From positions 38,456 to 102,455 of the forward strand of contig JBMFOB010000002.1 of assembly GCA_049969855.1 (NCBI GenBank): a stretch of 64,000 nucleotides of DNA. The letters run 5' to 3'. Of the stretch, positions 1-9,722 are shown piece by piece (position 1 is the first letter of the stretch; each line of letters starts with the position of its first letter). The translations under genes and the position numbers were made by a program. The notes beneath the pieces were generated by a model, which saw only the letters and a program-made list of their open reading frames with translations, made no database searches and had not been told where the DNA came from. This stretch comes from Candidatus Bathyarchaeia archaeon (GTDB lineage: Archaea; Thermoproteota; Bathyarchaeia; Bathyarchaeales; Bathycorpusculaceae).

Positions 1-1
1 G

Positions 2-535
2 ATAAAGTTTTGTGGAGCAAAACCTTTTGCTGAGTTGTATTCGCCTTCTTTTCCAGATTATGTTTCTGTAAATTCTAGGGGGATTTGCCACTTGCCCCGT
101 TATGAGTTTTATGCTGCACCAATGGAGAAAAACGACTTCATAATAATGACTGGGGACACGCAGCCATCCTTTGATGATGTCGTTGCACATTATATGCTGT
201 GTAATGAAATATTGGATTTTGTTGAAAAATATGGTTGCAGCTTCATTGCAACACTCGGCGGAGTTCCAATGACAGGCGAGAAAGCGCAGGTTTATGTGGC
301 TGCAACTTCGCATAGGCTTGCGACAGAGTTTATGGAGAAAGGCGCAGTAATATATGGCAAAGGCAGAATTGTAGGCGCTACAGGCTTATTGTTGGGGCTT
401 GCAAAGGAACGCGGCTTAGAAGGCATATGCCTTTTAGGTGCCACAACAGGTTTTAGGGCTGACCGCGGAGCAGGCTTTTCCGTTTTCAAGTTTCTCATGA
501 AAGCACTTGGCAATGAAGTAAAGGAAGGGTTATAA
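2..535 (+). CDS. PAC2-family proteasome assembly chaperone (5'-truncated by window edge)
   Basis: Frame is open from base 2; YSPSFP, ATLGG and IVGATGLLLGLAKERGLEGICLLGAT motifs are typical of archaeal PAC2. Confidence 0.85.
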   Translation: MKFCGAKPFAELYSPSFPDYVSVNSRGICHLPRYEFYAAPMEKNDFIIMTGDTQPSFDDVVAHYMLCNEILDFVEKYGCSFIATLGGVPMTGEKAQVYVAATSHRLATEFMEKGAVIYGKGRIVGATGLLLGLAKERGLEGICLLGATTGFRADRGAGFSVFKFLMKALGNEVKEGL

Positions 536-577
536 GAGAAAACCCTAATTTTAAATCGTTACAAGGAAAGTGAATAC

Positions 578-820
578 ATGAGCGAAGAAAAAAAGACAAT
601 AAAAGAAGCTCGCAAGTTTGATTTAAGCTCAAAGTTTTGGAGAACACTTCTGCTTGTGTTAGCAGCCTTCCTAGTTTTTGCTGGACCAACATATTTTGTT
701 TACGTGCTCAATATAGTTCTTGAAATAAACTATGCCGTTTCAATGGTTTCAGGTTTCGCCCTTTTCATAGTTGGTTTGGTGCTCATATGGTATTTGATTA
801 AGAAAGGAGCTATTTCTTAA
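578..820 (+). CDS. Small membrane protein, two TM helices
   Basis: Two long hydrophobic segments; fits between neighbours without overlap. Confidence 0.7.
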   Translation: MSEEKKTIKEARKFDLSSKFWRTLLLVLAAFLVFAGPTYFVYVLNIVLEINYAVSMVSGFALFIVGLVLIWYLIKKGAIS

Positions 821-969
821 AGCCTCAGATACCCCAGGGTGCATCATCTTTTTCAGACGAGTATGTTCTTCATCGGCAAGTGTAAAGTGTTTTTGCTATG
901 TTAAAAATTGTTCGGTTGCTTATGGCAAGTTAGCAAAGCATATAAGATATGCCATAAGATATAATAAGT

Positions 970-1563
970 ATGCAAGAAAATGAAAAGAAAAAAATTGAAG
1001 AAATCATGAAAAAAAATGAAGAAACAACAAAAAGGACAACAATAATTTTGGAAAAAGAAGAAAGAGAATTCATCGACTCACTAATTAGAGAGGGAAAGGA
1101 GCCAGGCATAAAACCCTTAATCTCAAAAATGCTTGACGTTTACAGAAGCATGATGATTTATGACTGGCGGTTTCCAGGCGAATGCTATTGCGGCATAAGC
1201 CGAATGGCATTCATAAACGTGGAACTAATCAACATACTCATAAACAACGTTCCAAAAGAAAAATGGCGCCAAATCGGAGTGAAAATGGGTGAAGCCGCAA
1301 AAGTTTCTATGGAAGCAACCTTGGGAATACAAACCGCAAACAGCGAGAAATGGCAAGAAGTTTTTAAACGCTTAAGAGTGCAGGGATTCGGCGACTTCTA
1401 CCTAAGAGACAAGTACATTCTCATAAAAGCACCATTTATTAACGAAGCAGACATTTGGGCTGGTTTTTTGGAAGGCTTACTCAACATAGAAATCGACATA
1501 AAAACCTCCACTCCACCCTTTGTTTTCGAAGTCAAGGAAAAAATCCCACAGCAAACAAAATAA
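970..1563 (+). CDS. Putative regulator: N-terminal RHH-like segment plus V4R-like domain
   Basis: KRTTIILE beta-strand plus helices; C-terminal QGFGDF and GFLEGLL resemble V4R-type folds (inference). Confidence 0.55.
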   Translation: MQENEKKKIEEIMKKNEETTKRTTIILEKEEREFIDSLIREGKEPGIKPLISKMLDVYRSMMIYDWRFPGECYCGISRMAFINVELINILINNVPKEKWRQIGVKMGEAAKVSMEATLGIQTANSEKWQEVFKRLRVQGFGDFYLRDKYILIKAPFINEADIWAGFLEGLLNIEIDIKTSTPPFVFEVKEKIPQQTK

Positions 1564-1622
1564 ACCACGCTAAAACTAAGGTTTACATGAGGCTAAAGCC
1601 TAAATTTAATGGAGAGAAATTA

Positions 1623-2684
1623 ATGGCATCACCTTTACATGAGGCAATGCTATACGAAAAATTAGAAAACAAGAAAGTTAAATGTAACTTATGCGGAAGA
1701 AGATGCATCATAAATGATGGGGGAACAGGTTTCTGTCTCGTGAGAAAAAATATTGGTGGAACCCTTTTTTCGCTTGTTTATGCTAAGGCTATATCAGCAT
1801 GCATAGACCCTATAGAAAAGAAACCTCTTTCGCACTTTAATCCAGGAGCCCTAGTCATGTCAATTGCGACTGTTGGCTGCAACTTTCGCTGTCAGTTTTG
1901 TGACAACTGGATGATAAGCCAAGAGAAAAAAATAGCTGGCAAAGATTTTCCAGCAGAAGAGGTTGTTAAAGCAGCAAGAGACAACGGTTGTCAAGGAATA
2001 AGCTATACCTATACAGAACCCACAGTATTTTTTGAATACGCCTATGACACGGCTAAGTTGGCACATCAAGTGGGGTTTTTCAACACTTTTGTAACAAATG
2101 GTTACATGACGCCGGAAGCTGTTAAAACGATAGCGCCATATTTGGACGCTGCCACAGTGGATTTTAAAGGCGGTGGAGACTCAGAATTTTATAAGTCTTT
2201 TTCGTCTGTTCCTTCTGTTGAGCCTATTTATGATTCTTTGAAGGAAATGAAAAGGAATGATATTCACGTTGAAATAACAAATCTTGTCGTGCCCAAGATT
2301 GGAGATTCCATTGAAAGAATAAAGGAGCTTGCAGCTTGGATAAGGGAAAATCTTGGCAAGGACACGCCTTTTCATCTATTACGCTTTCATCCAGACTATC
2401 AGTTGACAACAATTCCGTCAACTTCCATTGAAACTTTAGAGAAGGCTTATGCTGCTGCAAAGGATGAGGGATTAAATTATGTCTATATTGGTAATGCGCC
2501 GGGGCACCCTTGGGAAAACACTTATTGTCCAAACTGTAACGAGTTGTTGATTAAGCGTTTCAGTTTTGAGATTACAAGGTGGAATTTGACGAAGGATATG
2601 CGCTGTCCAGTTTGCGGACAAGAAATTCCAATTAGGGGCAAATTGCATCCAAGCGGATATGCTTATCCTTATGCTTTGTTTTAA
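1623..2684 (+). CDS. amrS: AmmeMemoRadiSam system radical SAM enzyme
   Basis: CNLCGRRC N-terminus, DPIEKKPL, CNFRCQFC SAM motif, YTYTEP, ENTYCPNC; start moved to ATG 1623. Confidence 0.9.
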   Translation: MASPLHEAMLYEKLENKKVKCNLCGRRCIINDGGTGFCLVRKNIGGTLFSLVYAKAISACIDPIEKKPLSHFNPGALVMSIATVGCNFRCQFCDNWMISQEKKIAGKDFPAEEVVKAARDNGCQGISYTYTEPTVFFEYAYDTAKLAHQVGFFNTFVTNGYMTPEAVKTIAPYLDAATVDFKGGGDSEFYKSFSSVPSVEPIYDSLKEMKRNDIHVEITNLVVPKIGDSIERIKELAAWIRENLGKDTPFHLLRFHPDYQLTTIPSTSIETLEKAYAAAKDEGLNYVYIGNAPGHPWENTYCPNCNELLIKRFSFEITRWNLTKDMRCPVCGQEIPIRGKLHPSGYAYPYALF

Positions 2685-2907
2685 TGGTTTATGTGTGTGC
2701 GACGGCTGATAGCCCGTCTATTTGGAGCTTAATAGGCGTTTGGTTGTGGGGTGAATGTGTGTTTATTGGTTATTTTGGATAGGGAAAGCGTCGCCTTTTG
2801 TTGTTAGGTTCTAATCATACTCTCTGTCTCGCATATCATTGTAGAAAGGTTTAAATATACTGCTTCGTTTGAACCATTCTGCTTTTCCGTGAGGGGAATC
2901 TAAGAAT

Positions 2908-3153
2908 TTGCAGAGAATAGGTCGAGTTCTCCACTTAAGTTCAAGCCGAAACCTTATAGTGAAAATTGAAAACACTCCAAGAATTGGCGAAACAGTCGTC
3001 GACGAAAATTTAACGACCGTTGGAAAGGTTTTCGACATATTTGGTCCAGTTTCCTCGCCCTACGCAGCAATAAAGCCAACCTTGCCAGAAGCTGGGAAAT
3101 TGGCGGGTAAGGTGTTGTATGTTTTCCCCTCAAAAGGAGAAAGGAGAAGATAA
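2908..3153 (+). CDS. gar1: H/ACA RNP protein Gar1/Naf1
   Basis: IGRVLH...[15 protein letters not shown]; conserved position upstream of tfb. Confidence 0.9.
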   Translation: MQRIGRVLHLSSSRNLIVKIENTPRIGETVVDENLTTVGKVFDIFGPVSSPYAAIKPTLPEAGKLAGKVLYVFPSKGERRR

Positions 3154-3155
3154 AA

Positions 3156-4130
3156 GTGAGCGATGATAGTGAAGGGCATGAGGATTCTGACCCTGCATTA
3201 GAAGCGCAGCATGTTGAGCCTTCAAAGGTTCAGCGTTGCCCAGAATGTGGCAGTACAAGGCTTATGCGGGATTATGAATGCGCCGAAATAGTTTGTATGG
3301 ACTGCGGTTTCGTGGTAGCAGCAAAAATAGCTGATAGGGGACCGGAATGGCGGGCTTTTGATGATGAGCAGAGGGCTAAAAGGACAAGGGTTGGGGCTCC
3401 CCTAACTTATACAATACATGATAAGGGCTTATCAACGATGATTGATTGGCATGACCGAGACATTTATGGAAAAAGTTTGTCGCCTGGACAAAAGGCACAG
3501 GTTTATAGGCTTAGAAAATGGCAGCGGCGCATAAGAGTTTCTGATGCAACTGAACGCAACCTTGCCTTTGCACTGTCTGAAATAACAAAATTCGCCAATA
3601 ACTTAAGTCTTCCAAAAAACATTCTTGAAACAGCCTCCGTCATCTATAGAAAAGCTGTGAAAGAAAGACTGATTCGGGGAAGGTCCATTCAAGGCGTAAC
3701 TGCTGCAGCAATTTATTTGGCTTGTAGGCAGTGCGGATTGGCTAGAACTTTGGAAGAGATAGCGCAAGCGTCCAATGTGAATAAGAAGGAGGTTGGTCGC
3801 AGTTACCGTTTCCTCATAAAAGAGCTTGACTATTCTATTCCTCCTCTTAAGCCAAGCCAATACATAACCAAGTTTTCAAATCAGTTAACAATGCAGGGGA
3901 AAGTTGAAGAAATTGCCCATAAAATTTTAACTGCGGCAAAAGAGCTTAAACTAACCTCTGGGCGCGGTCCCACGGGCATTGCTGCAGCTGCAAGTTACAT
4001 AGCTTCTGTGTTGACTGGTGAGCGAAAAACGCAGAGGGAAATAGCTGAAATAGCGCAGGTGACAGAAGTTACTATTCGAAACCGCTACAAGGAACTCGTT
4101 GAGAGGTTAATGTTTCAAATAACTATCTAA
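3156..4130 (+). CDS. tfb: Transcription initiation factor IIB
   Basis: CPECG zinc ribbon, GPEWRAF B-reader, two cyclin repeats, [13 protein letters not shown]. Confidence 0.97.
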   Translation: MSDDSEGHEDSDPALEAQHVEPSKVQRCPECGSTRLMRDYECAEIVCMDCGFVVAAKIADRGPEWRAFDDEQRAKRTRVGAPLTYTIHDKGLSTMIDWHDRDIYGKSLSPGQKAQVYRLRKWQRRIRVSDATERNLAFALSEITKFANNLSLPKNILETASVIYRKAVKERLIRGRSIQGVTAAAIYLACRQCGLARTLEEIAQASNVNKKEVGRSYRFLIKELDYSIPPLKPSQYITKFSNQLTMQGKVEEIAHKILTAAKELKLTSGRGPTGIAAAASYIASVLTGERKTQREIAEIAQVTEVTIRNRYKELVERLMFQITI

Positions 4131-4206
4131 ACCTTCTCTTCCCTTTTTCTGAATTTTACTCAGCTTTGTGCAAGTGTGTCTTTAAAGGAGTTCTTCTTCT
4201 TCGCAG

Positions 4207-4482
4207 CTAGTGCATTCTTCGCTGGAATTTCTCCTCTTCTTTTTCTTCCAATAAAGGAGTTGTAGCCTCTAGGAGTTCTTGGAGAAATTCCTGTGGAATC
4301 TTCTCTTTTAATGTTTTTGCTTCTTTTTTCAACTTGTTTACTTCATTTTCTAAATCCTTTGCTTTTTCACTTAACTCCACAATTTCTTTAAGTTGTCCTA
4401 TTTCCTCCAAAAGTGTGCTTTTCTCCTTTTCTAACGCCCTAATTCTTTCTTCCAACTTAGTTTTCATTTCAGTGGCTTTCAT
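4207..4482 (-). CDS. Coiled-coil protein, possibly frameshifted near its C-terminus
   Basis: Heptad E/K/L pattern; AGGTGAGGGAG RBS upstream. Confidence 0.7.
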   Translation of the reverse strand: MKATEMKTKLEERIRALEKEKSTLLEEIGQLKEIVELSEKAKDLENEVNKLKKEAKTLKEKIPQEFLQELLEATTPLLEEKEEEKFQRRMH

Positions 4483-4604
4483 AACTCCCTCACCTTTCTC
4501 ATTTTACATTTCAAGGGTTTGCAATTAATAATTTATTCTTTGGTTATACTTTTTTGCAAAACACATTTTAACTTTAAATGACAATTATTATAGAGGGTTT
4601 ATAT

Positions 4605-5033
4605 TTGGTTAAATGTCCAAAATGTGGCTTTGAAGTAGCTGCCCCAATTAAGACTTGGCCTATTCCTTCGAGGAAACCATTAAAGGAGGGCGAAGCTGAA
4701 CTTGTTATGGGAATATTTGAATGTCCAAGTTGTAAAGCGAGATTTAGGTCTGCCTTAACCGTTGAAACTGGGGTTGAGGAGAGAGTAAGTATTAAAAATA
4801 TGGTTGAAAGAATTAAGGGTATAAAGGGAGAGCTTATGCAGACTTTAAAGAATCTCCGCGAAAAAATAAAGACTTTGGAAACTGAACGGGCAAATTTGAT
4901 GATTGAAATTGAAAAATTGAAGAAAGTTGCTGAGTCGAGGGTTAATGCCCTTGAAAGCGAAGTAAGCATGCTTCGGGAAGAAGTGAAATCTCTAAGAGAC
5001 CTTCTTGGGTATTCGGAGGAAACCGAAAAATAA
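4605..5033 (+). CDS. Cren7-like zinc-ribbon domain fused to a long coiled coil
   Basis: CPKCG..PIKTW..MGIFECPSCKARFR then about 85 aa of heptads; TTG start after GAGGG. Confidence 0.7.
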   Translation: MVKCPKCGFEVAAPIKTWPIPSRKPLKEGEAELVMGIFECPSCKARFRSALTVETGVEERVSIKNMVERIKGIKGELMQTLKNLREKIKTLETERANLMIEIEKLKKVAESRVNALESEVSMLREEVKSLRDLLGYSEETEK

Positions 5034-5064
5034 CGCTGACGTTCAGTTAAAGGGCTTTTTAAAA

Positions 5065-5469
5065 TTAGGCTTTCAAATACTTTTTATAATATTCTTGAGC
5101 TTTGGCTACGGCTTTCTCTGGGTTTTTCAATATTGAATATTTTGTGTTTGGCGAAATCTTTTCGCATTCGCTGAAATATTCTACAACTTTTTTTACGTTT
5201 CCTTCATAAATGGCTAAGCCGCCTGCAATTTCATACCATGTTTTGGCTCTGATGAAATCCTTTTCTTTCTCAAATTTTTTGGCATTTTCAGCAGCTTCCT
5301 TCATTGAGGTTGTTATTTTTCTGGGGTCAAGGAACATCGTGTTATGTAGTGCTTCGTATGTTTCTTTGTCGTCTCCGCAGATTTGTTCAAGTTCAGTTGT
5401 TGTTTTTGCAGTTTCGGTATCCGTTTTCTTTTCTTCTTTTTTCTTTCTAAATCTGTCAAGTATACCCAA
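5065..5469 (-). CDS. Hypothetical helical (TPR-like) protein
   Basis: GAGGAGG RBS; AKTWYEIAGGLAIYEG helical-repeat pattern. Confidence 0.7.
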   Translation of the reverse strand: MGILDRFRKKKEEKKTDTETAKTTTELEQICGDDKETYEALHNTMFLDPRKITTSMKEAAENAKKFEKEKDFIRAKTWYEIAGGLAIYEGNVKKVVEYFSECEKISPNTKYSILKNPEKAVAKAQEYYKKYLKA

Positions 5470-5572
5470 TATTGTTCCTCCTCTATTTTCGACATTTTCG
5501 TGTTTTATCTATTTTGAGACATTAGTATGAGTAACAGTTAATTTTAAAGGTTTGTTGCCTATAAAGTATTTT

Positions 5573-6187
5573 ATGCCATACAAGTTCACCTTTGACCTTT
5601 CGAGGGTTCCTCGCTTCTTTTTTACGGAAGTTGCTAGAGTTGGATTTGAGAAGGGTGTTCATAAAAAGGTTAGCAAAACAATGCAGGATATGATTAAAAA
5701 GTTTAGAATTCAGGAGATAACGGGTCTCAACTTGTCTGATGCTGTTTTTCTTCTCCAAGACCTTATAGACATGCAGGCTAGAAACCTTTTAGAGAGGGAA
5801 AGGTTTGAGCAAGCGAGAAAAAGGGCTCTTTTTCTGCCGCATTGTTCTAGGAAGTATATGGATAATCGTTGTAAGGCAAATTTTGACCCTACCATTCCAT
5901 CTTACAGTTGTGCGCATTGCTCCCCAGACTGCCTAATTAATAAGGCGGTGCTTCTGGCTGAGAAAAAAGGTTATGACGTTTACATATTGCCTGGTGGTTC
6001 TTGTGTTCAGAAAATTTTAAAAAGTAGGCATTATGATGGTGTCGTTGGAGTTGCTTGTGGCGAAGAAATAAGGTTAAGCGGAGAAACATTGAGCGATTTA
6101 AAGGTTGCTGGTCAAGCGGTTCCTCTAATAAAGAATGGCTGTGCAAACACCATTTTTAACCTTGAAACTTTGTCAAACATTCTTTGA
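5573..6187 (+). CDS. DUF116 family protein
   Basis: LFLPHC, CAHC..DCLI, PGGS, GVAC and GC motifs. Confidence 0.85.
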   Translation: MPYKFTFDLSRVPRFFFTEVARVGFEKGVHKKVSKTMQDMIKKFRIQEITGLNLSDAVFLLQDLIDMQARNLLERERFEQARKRALFLPHCSRKYMDNRCKANFDPTIPSYSCAHCSPDCLINKAVLLAEKKGYDVYILPGGSCVQKILKSRHYDGVVGVACGEEIRLSGETLSDLKVAGQAVPLIKNGCANTIFNLETLSNIL

Positions 6188-6210
6188 TAGCATATGAAGA
6201 GAATGCCCGT

Positions 6211-6228
6211 TTCCTTCAAAAAAGGAAG
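6211..6228. terminator. Candidate terminator between converging units
   Basis: TTCCTT/AAGGAA inverted repeat; T6 run on the minus strand. Confidence 0.35.
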
Positions 6229-6256
6229 GGGGTCGGAAGGAGATACCAGTGTGATT

Positions 6257-6307
6257 TTACTTTGTCTTCTTTGTCTTTTTAGTTGTCTTCTTGGTCTTAC
6301 AAGCCAC
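6257..6307 (-). CDS. Candidate 16-aa basic micropeptide MACKTKKTTKKTKKTK
   Basis: GTG start 6 nt after GAGGTG; CTTATAAA box upstream; T-rich tract downstream; absent from the ORF track. Confidence 0.55.
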   Translation of the reverse strand: MACKTKKTTKKTKKTK

Positions 6308-6415
6308 TGCTTACACCTCAAAACTGCATTTATAAGTATGGATTTTTCGGTATATGTAACTTTCGCATTCAATGGCAAGATAACTTTAATGGATAAATTA
6401 AGGTTTATAAGAAAA

Positions 6416-6577
6416 TTACTTTACAAGTTCTCTTTTCTTCCAGCGCAAGTTTTTGCTTCGGCATTTTCTGCATTTAACTGCAGTTGCAGCATTTCTGGCG
6501 CCGCATTCTCTGCATATTTTCATGTATAATCTGTGTTTTTGTGCGAGAGTTTTTTTAAGTGGGTCCATTATTGGCAT
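6416..6577 (-). CDS. rpl40e: 50S ribosomal protein L40e (53 aa, absent from ORF track)
   Basis: MPIMDPLKKTLAQKHRLYMKICRECGARNAATAVKCRKCRSKNLRWKKRELVK. Confidence 0.96.
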   Translation of the reverse strand: MPIMDPLKKTLAQKHRLYMKICRECGARNAATAVKCRKCRSKNLRWKKRELVK

Positions 6578-6654
6578 TTTGTTAGCCTCTGTTTGGATGG
6601 CTAAGACTGAGATACTATACTGGAAAATATACTTTTTGCATTTTACAAGCTGTT

Positions 6655-7539
6655 TTACAGCCTTTTCAAACTGTGAATTTCCGTTAACAACTCGGCTGCG
6701 TCGCTTGGTTTTTCAGCAACTTTCACTTTGGCTTTCTTGAAGGCTTCTATTTTGCTTTCTGCAGTTCCAGCTTTTCCCATAACTATTGCTCCGGCGTGTC
6801 CCATGCGTTTTCCAGGTGGGGCGGAACGTCCAGCTATGAAGGCTACGACTGGTTTTGGATACTTTTCTTTTTGTATGTATTCTGCAGCGAGTTCTTCGAG
6901 GTTGCCGCCTATTTCCCCTATCAAAACAACGGCGTCTGTTTGCGGGTCTTCATTGAACATTTTTAGTGCGTCTATGAAGTTTAAACCTGTTATTGGGTCT
7001 CCTCCCAAGCCGAGGCATGTGGATTGTCCAAAGCCTTTTCTTGTTAGGCTTGCTGCGATTTCATATGTCAGGGTTCCGCTTCTTGAAACCATTCCTATGT
7101 TGCCTTTTTTGAAAATGTGGGCTGGCATTATTCCAAGTTTGCTTTCTTCGGGCGTGATTATTCCAGGCGTGTTGGGTCCAATTATTGTTGCTTTTAGCTG
7201 CTTTGCCGTTGCCATCAGGTTTATTGCGTCTTTTATTGGGATATGCTCCGTTATTATTACAATGGTTTTTATTCCATTTTCTAATGATTCTAAAGCGGCG
7301 TCTGCCGCAAATGGGGCTGGAACAAAAATTATTGAGGCGTTTGCTGAATGTTTTTCTTTGGCTTCTTCCACAGTGTCATAAACCGGAATGTCATGGACTT
7401 GGGTTCCGCCTTTTCCTGGGGTTACTCCCGCCACTATTTTTGTTCCGTATTCTAGCATGAGTTTTGTGTGGAAGCTTCCTTGGGTTCCAGTTATGCCTTG
7501 AACTATGGCTTTTGTGTTTTTTCCGATTATTATTCCCAA
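6655..7539 (-). CDS. sucD: Succinyl-CoA synthetase alpha subunit
   Basis: [28 protein letters not shown] phospho-His; TTG start after GGAGG (alternative ATG 7554). Confidence 0.95.
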   Translation of the reverse strand: MGIIIGKNTKAIVQGITGTQGSFHTKLMLEYGTKIVAGVTPGKGGTQVHDIPVYDTVEEAKEKHSANASIIFVPAPFAADAALESLENGIKTIVIITEHIPIKDAINLMATAKQLKATIIGPNTPGIITPEESKLGIMPAHIFKKGNIGMVSRSGTLTYEIAASLTRKGFGQSTCLGLGGDPITGLNFIDALKMFNEDPQTDAVVLIGEIGGNLEELAAEYIQKEKYPKPVVAFIAGRSAPPGKRMGHAGAIVMGKAGTAESKIEAFKKAKVKVAEKPSDAAELLTEIHSLKRL

Positions 7540-7540
7540 A

Positions 7541-8689
7541 TTATTCTCCTCCATGTCTTGAGATTTCGACAACTTTCTGCGCTGCTTCTTCCATGCTTTC
7601 TAAAACGTGGATTCCAGCTTCTTTCAGTATCCTTTTTCCTTCTTCTTCGTTTGTGCCCACAAGCCTAATAACCATGGGTTTTGTTACGCCAACTTTTGTT
7701 TTTGCTTCTAGGATTCCCTTTGCAACTTCGTCGCATCTTGTTATTCCGCCTAAAATGTTTATGAATAATGCCTTAACATTTTTGTCTGAAAGCACTATTT
7801 TTAGGGCTGTGGCTATTTTCTCTGCTGGTGCTCCTCCGCCTACGTCTAAGAAGTTGGCTGGTTTTCCGCCGTAATATTGGATTGTGTCTAAGGTTGCCAT
7901 TACCAAGCCTGCGCCGTTGCCTATGACGCCTATATTTCCGTTCAGTTTTACGTAGGCTAAATCGTTTTTTATGGCTTCTATTTCTTCTGGCGTGAGTTCG
8001 CTTTCGCCTTCTAACAGTCTCTTTTTGTATTCTTGGTGGCGGAATAAGGCATTATCGTCAATTATTATGCGGGCGTCTGCTGCCACAAATTTTCCATCAC
8101 CAGTCTCCACGAGCGGGTTCATTTCGATTAATTCTGCATCATAATCCATGCCAATCTTATACAATGTTTCAAAGATTCTTGCAATTTCTGAAAGTTGACC
8201 GCCAGCATATCCCATTTTTCTTGCTATTTGTCTGGCGTGAAAAGAATGAAAGCCTTGTTGCGGATTTATGGGGAATTTTATGACTTTTTCTGGAGATTGT
8301 TGAGCTACTTCTTCTATTTCCATTCCGCCGACAGAAGAGGCTATTGCAACATAGCTTTGGTTAAATCTGTCTGTTGTTATGCCAAAATAAAGTTCCCTTT
8401 TTATCTTTATTTGCTCTTCAATCCACACGCTTTTTACTGGTATACCCTTTATCTGCATGTTAAGCAATTTCTCAGCAGCCTTCTCAACCCCTTCAATGGA
8501 GTCTGTGAAAAGGATTCCGCCGGCTTTTCCCCTTCCAGCAACCAGCACTTGTGCCTTAACTGCGAATGGTGGTTTTATTTGGCTTGCCACTTCTCTGGCT
8601 TGGCTTGGGCTTGTGGCTAATCCTCCTTTTGGTGTTGGTATTCCGTATTTGGCGAGGATGTTTTTTGCTTCATATTCAAATAGTTTCAT
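7541..8689 (-). CDS. sucC: Succinyl-CoA synthetase beta subunit
   Basis: KAQVLVAGRGKAGG, EMNPL, NGAGLVMAT, NFLDVGGG. Confidence 0.95.
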   Translation of the reverse strand: MKLFEYEAKNILAKYGIPTPKGGLATSPSQAREVASQIKPPFAVKAQVLVAGRGKAGGILFTDSIEGVEKAAEKLLNMQIKGIPVKSVWIEEQIKIKRELYFGITTDRFNQSYVAIASSVGGMEIEEVAQQSPEKVIKFPINPQQGFHSFHARQIARKMGYAGGQLSEIARIFETLYKIGMDYDAELIEMNPLVETGDGKFVAADARIIIDDNALFRHQEYKKRLLEGESELTPEEIEAIKNDLAYVKLNGNIGVIGNGAGLVMATLDTIQYYGGKPANFLDVGGGAPAEKIATALKIVLSDKNVKALFINILGGITRCDEVAKGILEAKTKVGVTKPMVIRLVGTNEEEGKRILKEAGIHVLESMEEAAQKVVEISRHGGE

Positions 8690-8702
8690 TTTGGCTTTTC
8701 CC

Positions 8703-9176
8703 TCACTTTATTGCTTCTATTGTGACGTAGGATTTTGTGTCTTGTATACCATCAATAGCAGACAGCTTTTTTAAAACTTCGTCGAGTTTTCCTCTGTCAA
8801 CTATTAATAAAGCGTCAACATCGCCTGCAATTCTGAAGGCTCTTTGGAGTGTGAGTTCTTTAACTTTCTCGTAAGCGTACATTCGCTTGTGGGGTGAAAC
8901 CTTAAGTAAAACAAACGCTGGATTTGACGATATTCCAAGCGCATCTAACCCTTTTTCGGTTACATCTATGAAGCCTCTTCCAGTGCGTATATAGTTCAAG
9001 TCTCGGAGTTTTCGAAGGTGAATGTTTAAGGCTTGTCTGCTTATTCCAAGCTGTTTTGCCAACTCATCCTGTTTTACATGTAGAGTGTATGTGTTTGTGG
9101 ATTTTCCTCTCTCGTAAAGCATCCGCAACAGTTGAACGGAACGCCTCGTAAGCGCTTCCAAAGATAATTCCTTCAT
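8703..9176 (-). CDS. wHTH plus AsnC/RAM-domain transcriptional regulator
   Basis: QDELAKQLGISRQALNIHLRKL HTH; IAGDVDALL RAM-like C-terminus. Confidence 0.8.
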   Translation of the reverse strand: MKELSLEALTRRSVQLLRMLYERGKSTNTYTLHVKQDELAKQLGISRQALNIHLRKLRDLNYIRTGRGFIDVTEKGLDALGISSNPAFVLLKVSPHKRMYAYEKVKELTLQRAFRIAGDVDALLIVDRGKLDEVLKKLSAIDGIQDTKSYVTIEAIK

Positions 9177-9374
9177 TTTTAGTATTTTGTTAAGTTGAAG
9201 CTTTACAATAGTACCGCTTATTTAAAAGTTTAGCAAAAAGAAAGTGCAAAATTACATTATTTTTTGGGTTTTTATTTTATTGAATAGAAGTAAAAACCGT
9301 AACATATTTATTTATCGATAAAAAAGGTTATGAAGCCATAGAAAATGTGAAAAATAGGAGTGAGGCGGTCCAAA

Positions 9375-9653
9375 ATGTCAGAAAGCAACTCAGTGCTGAT
9401 CGGGAGAAAGCCAGTAATGAACTATGTACTGGCTTGCATAACCCTCTTTCACGGCGGAGCAAAAGAAGTGAATATTAAAGCAAGGGGAAGAGCCATAAGC
9501 CGAGCAGTTGACGTCGTTGAAGTTGTCAGACGCCGATTTCTACCCGACGTGAAAATCAAGAAAGTTGGTGTGGGAACAGAGCAGGTGGCACCCAGAGAAG
9601 AGGGTGGCACGCCCACAAACGTCAGCACCATCGAGATAACGCTGGAACGCTAA
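9375..9653 (+). CDS. albA: DNA/RNA-binding protein Alba
   Basis: [31 protein letters not shown]. Confidence 0.96.
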   Translation: MSESNSVLIGRKPVMNYVLACITLFHGGAKEVNIKARGRAISRAVDVVEVVRRRFLPDVKIKKVGVGTEQVAPREEGGTPTNVSTIEITLER

Positions 9654-9722
9654 AGCAGTAGTTCGCGCAAAATTTGCAATGCTCCGCCGCCCCTCCTTTA
9701 TTTGTGGAGGGCGCATTTCTAG

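Noticed and set aside
2698-2740. GCTGATAGC within small hairpins, resembling the 3' half of a fluoride riboswitch or an sRNA
   Set aside because: No GGCGATG P1 or AACCGC upstream and no clear C/D or H/ACA boxes; at most terminator-like structure
6112-6740. Track ORFs 6194-6529, 6453-6740 and 6112-6378
   Set aside because: Shadows of rpl40e and the micro-ORF, with implausible composition
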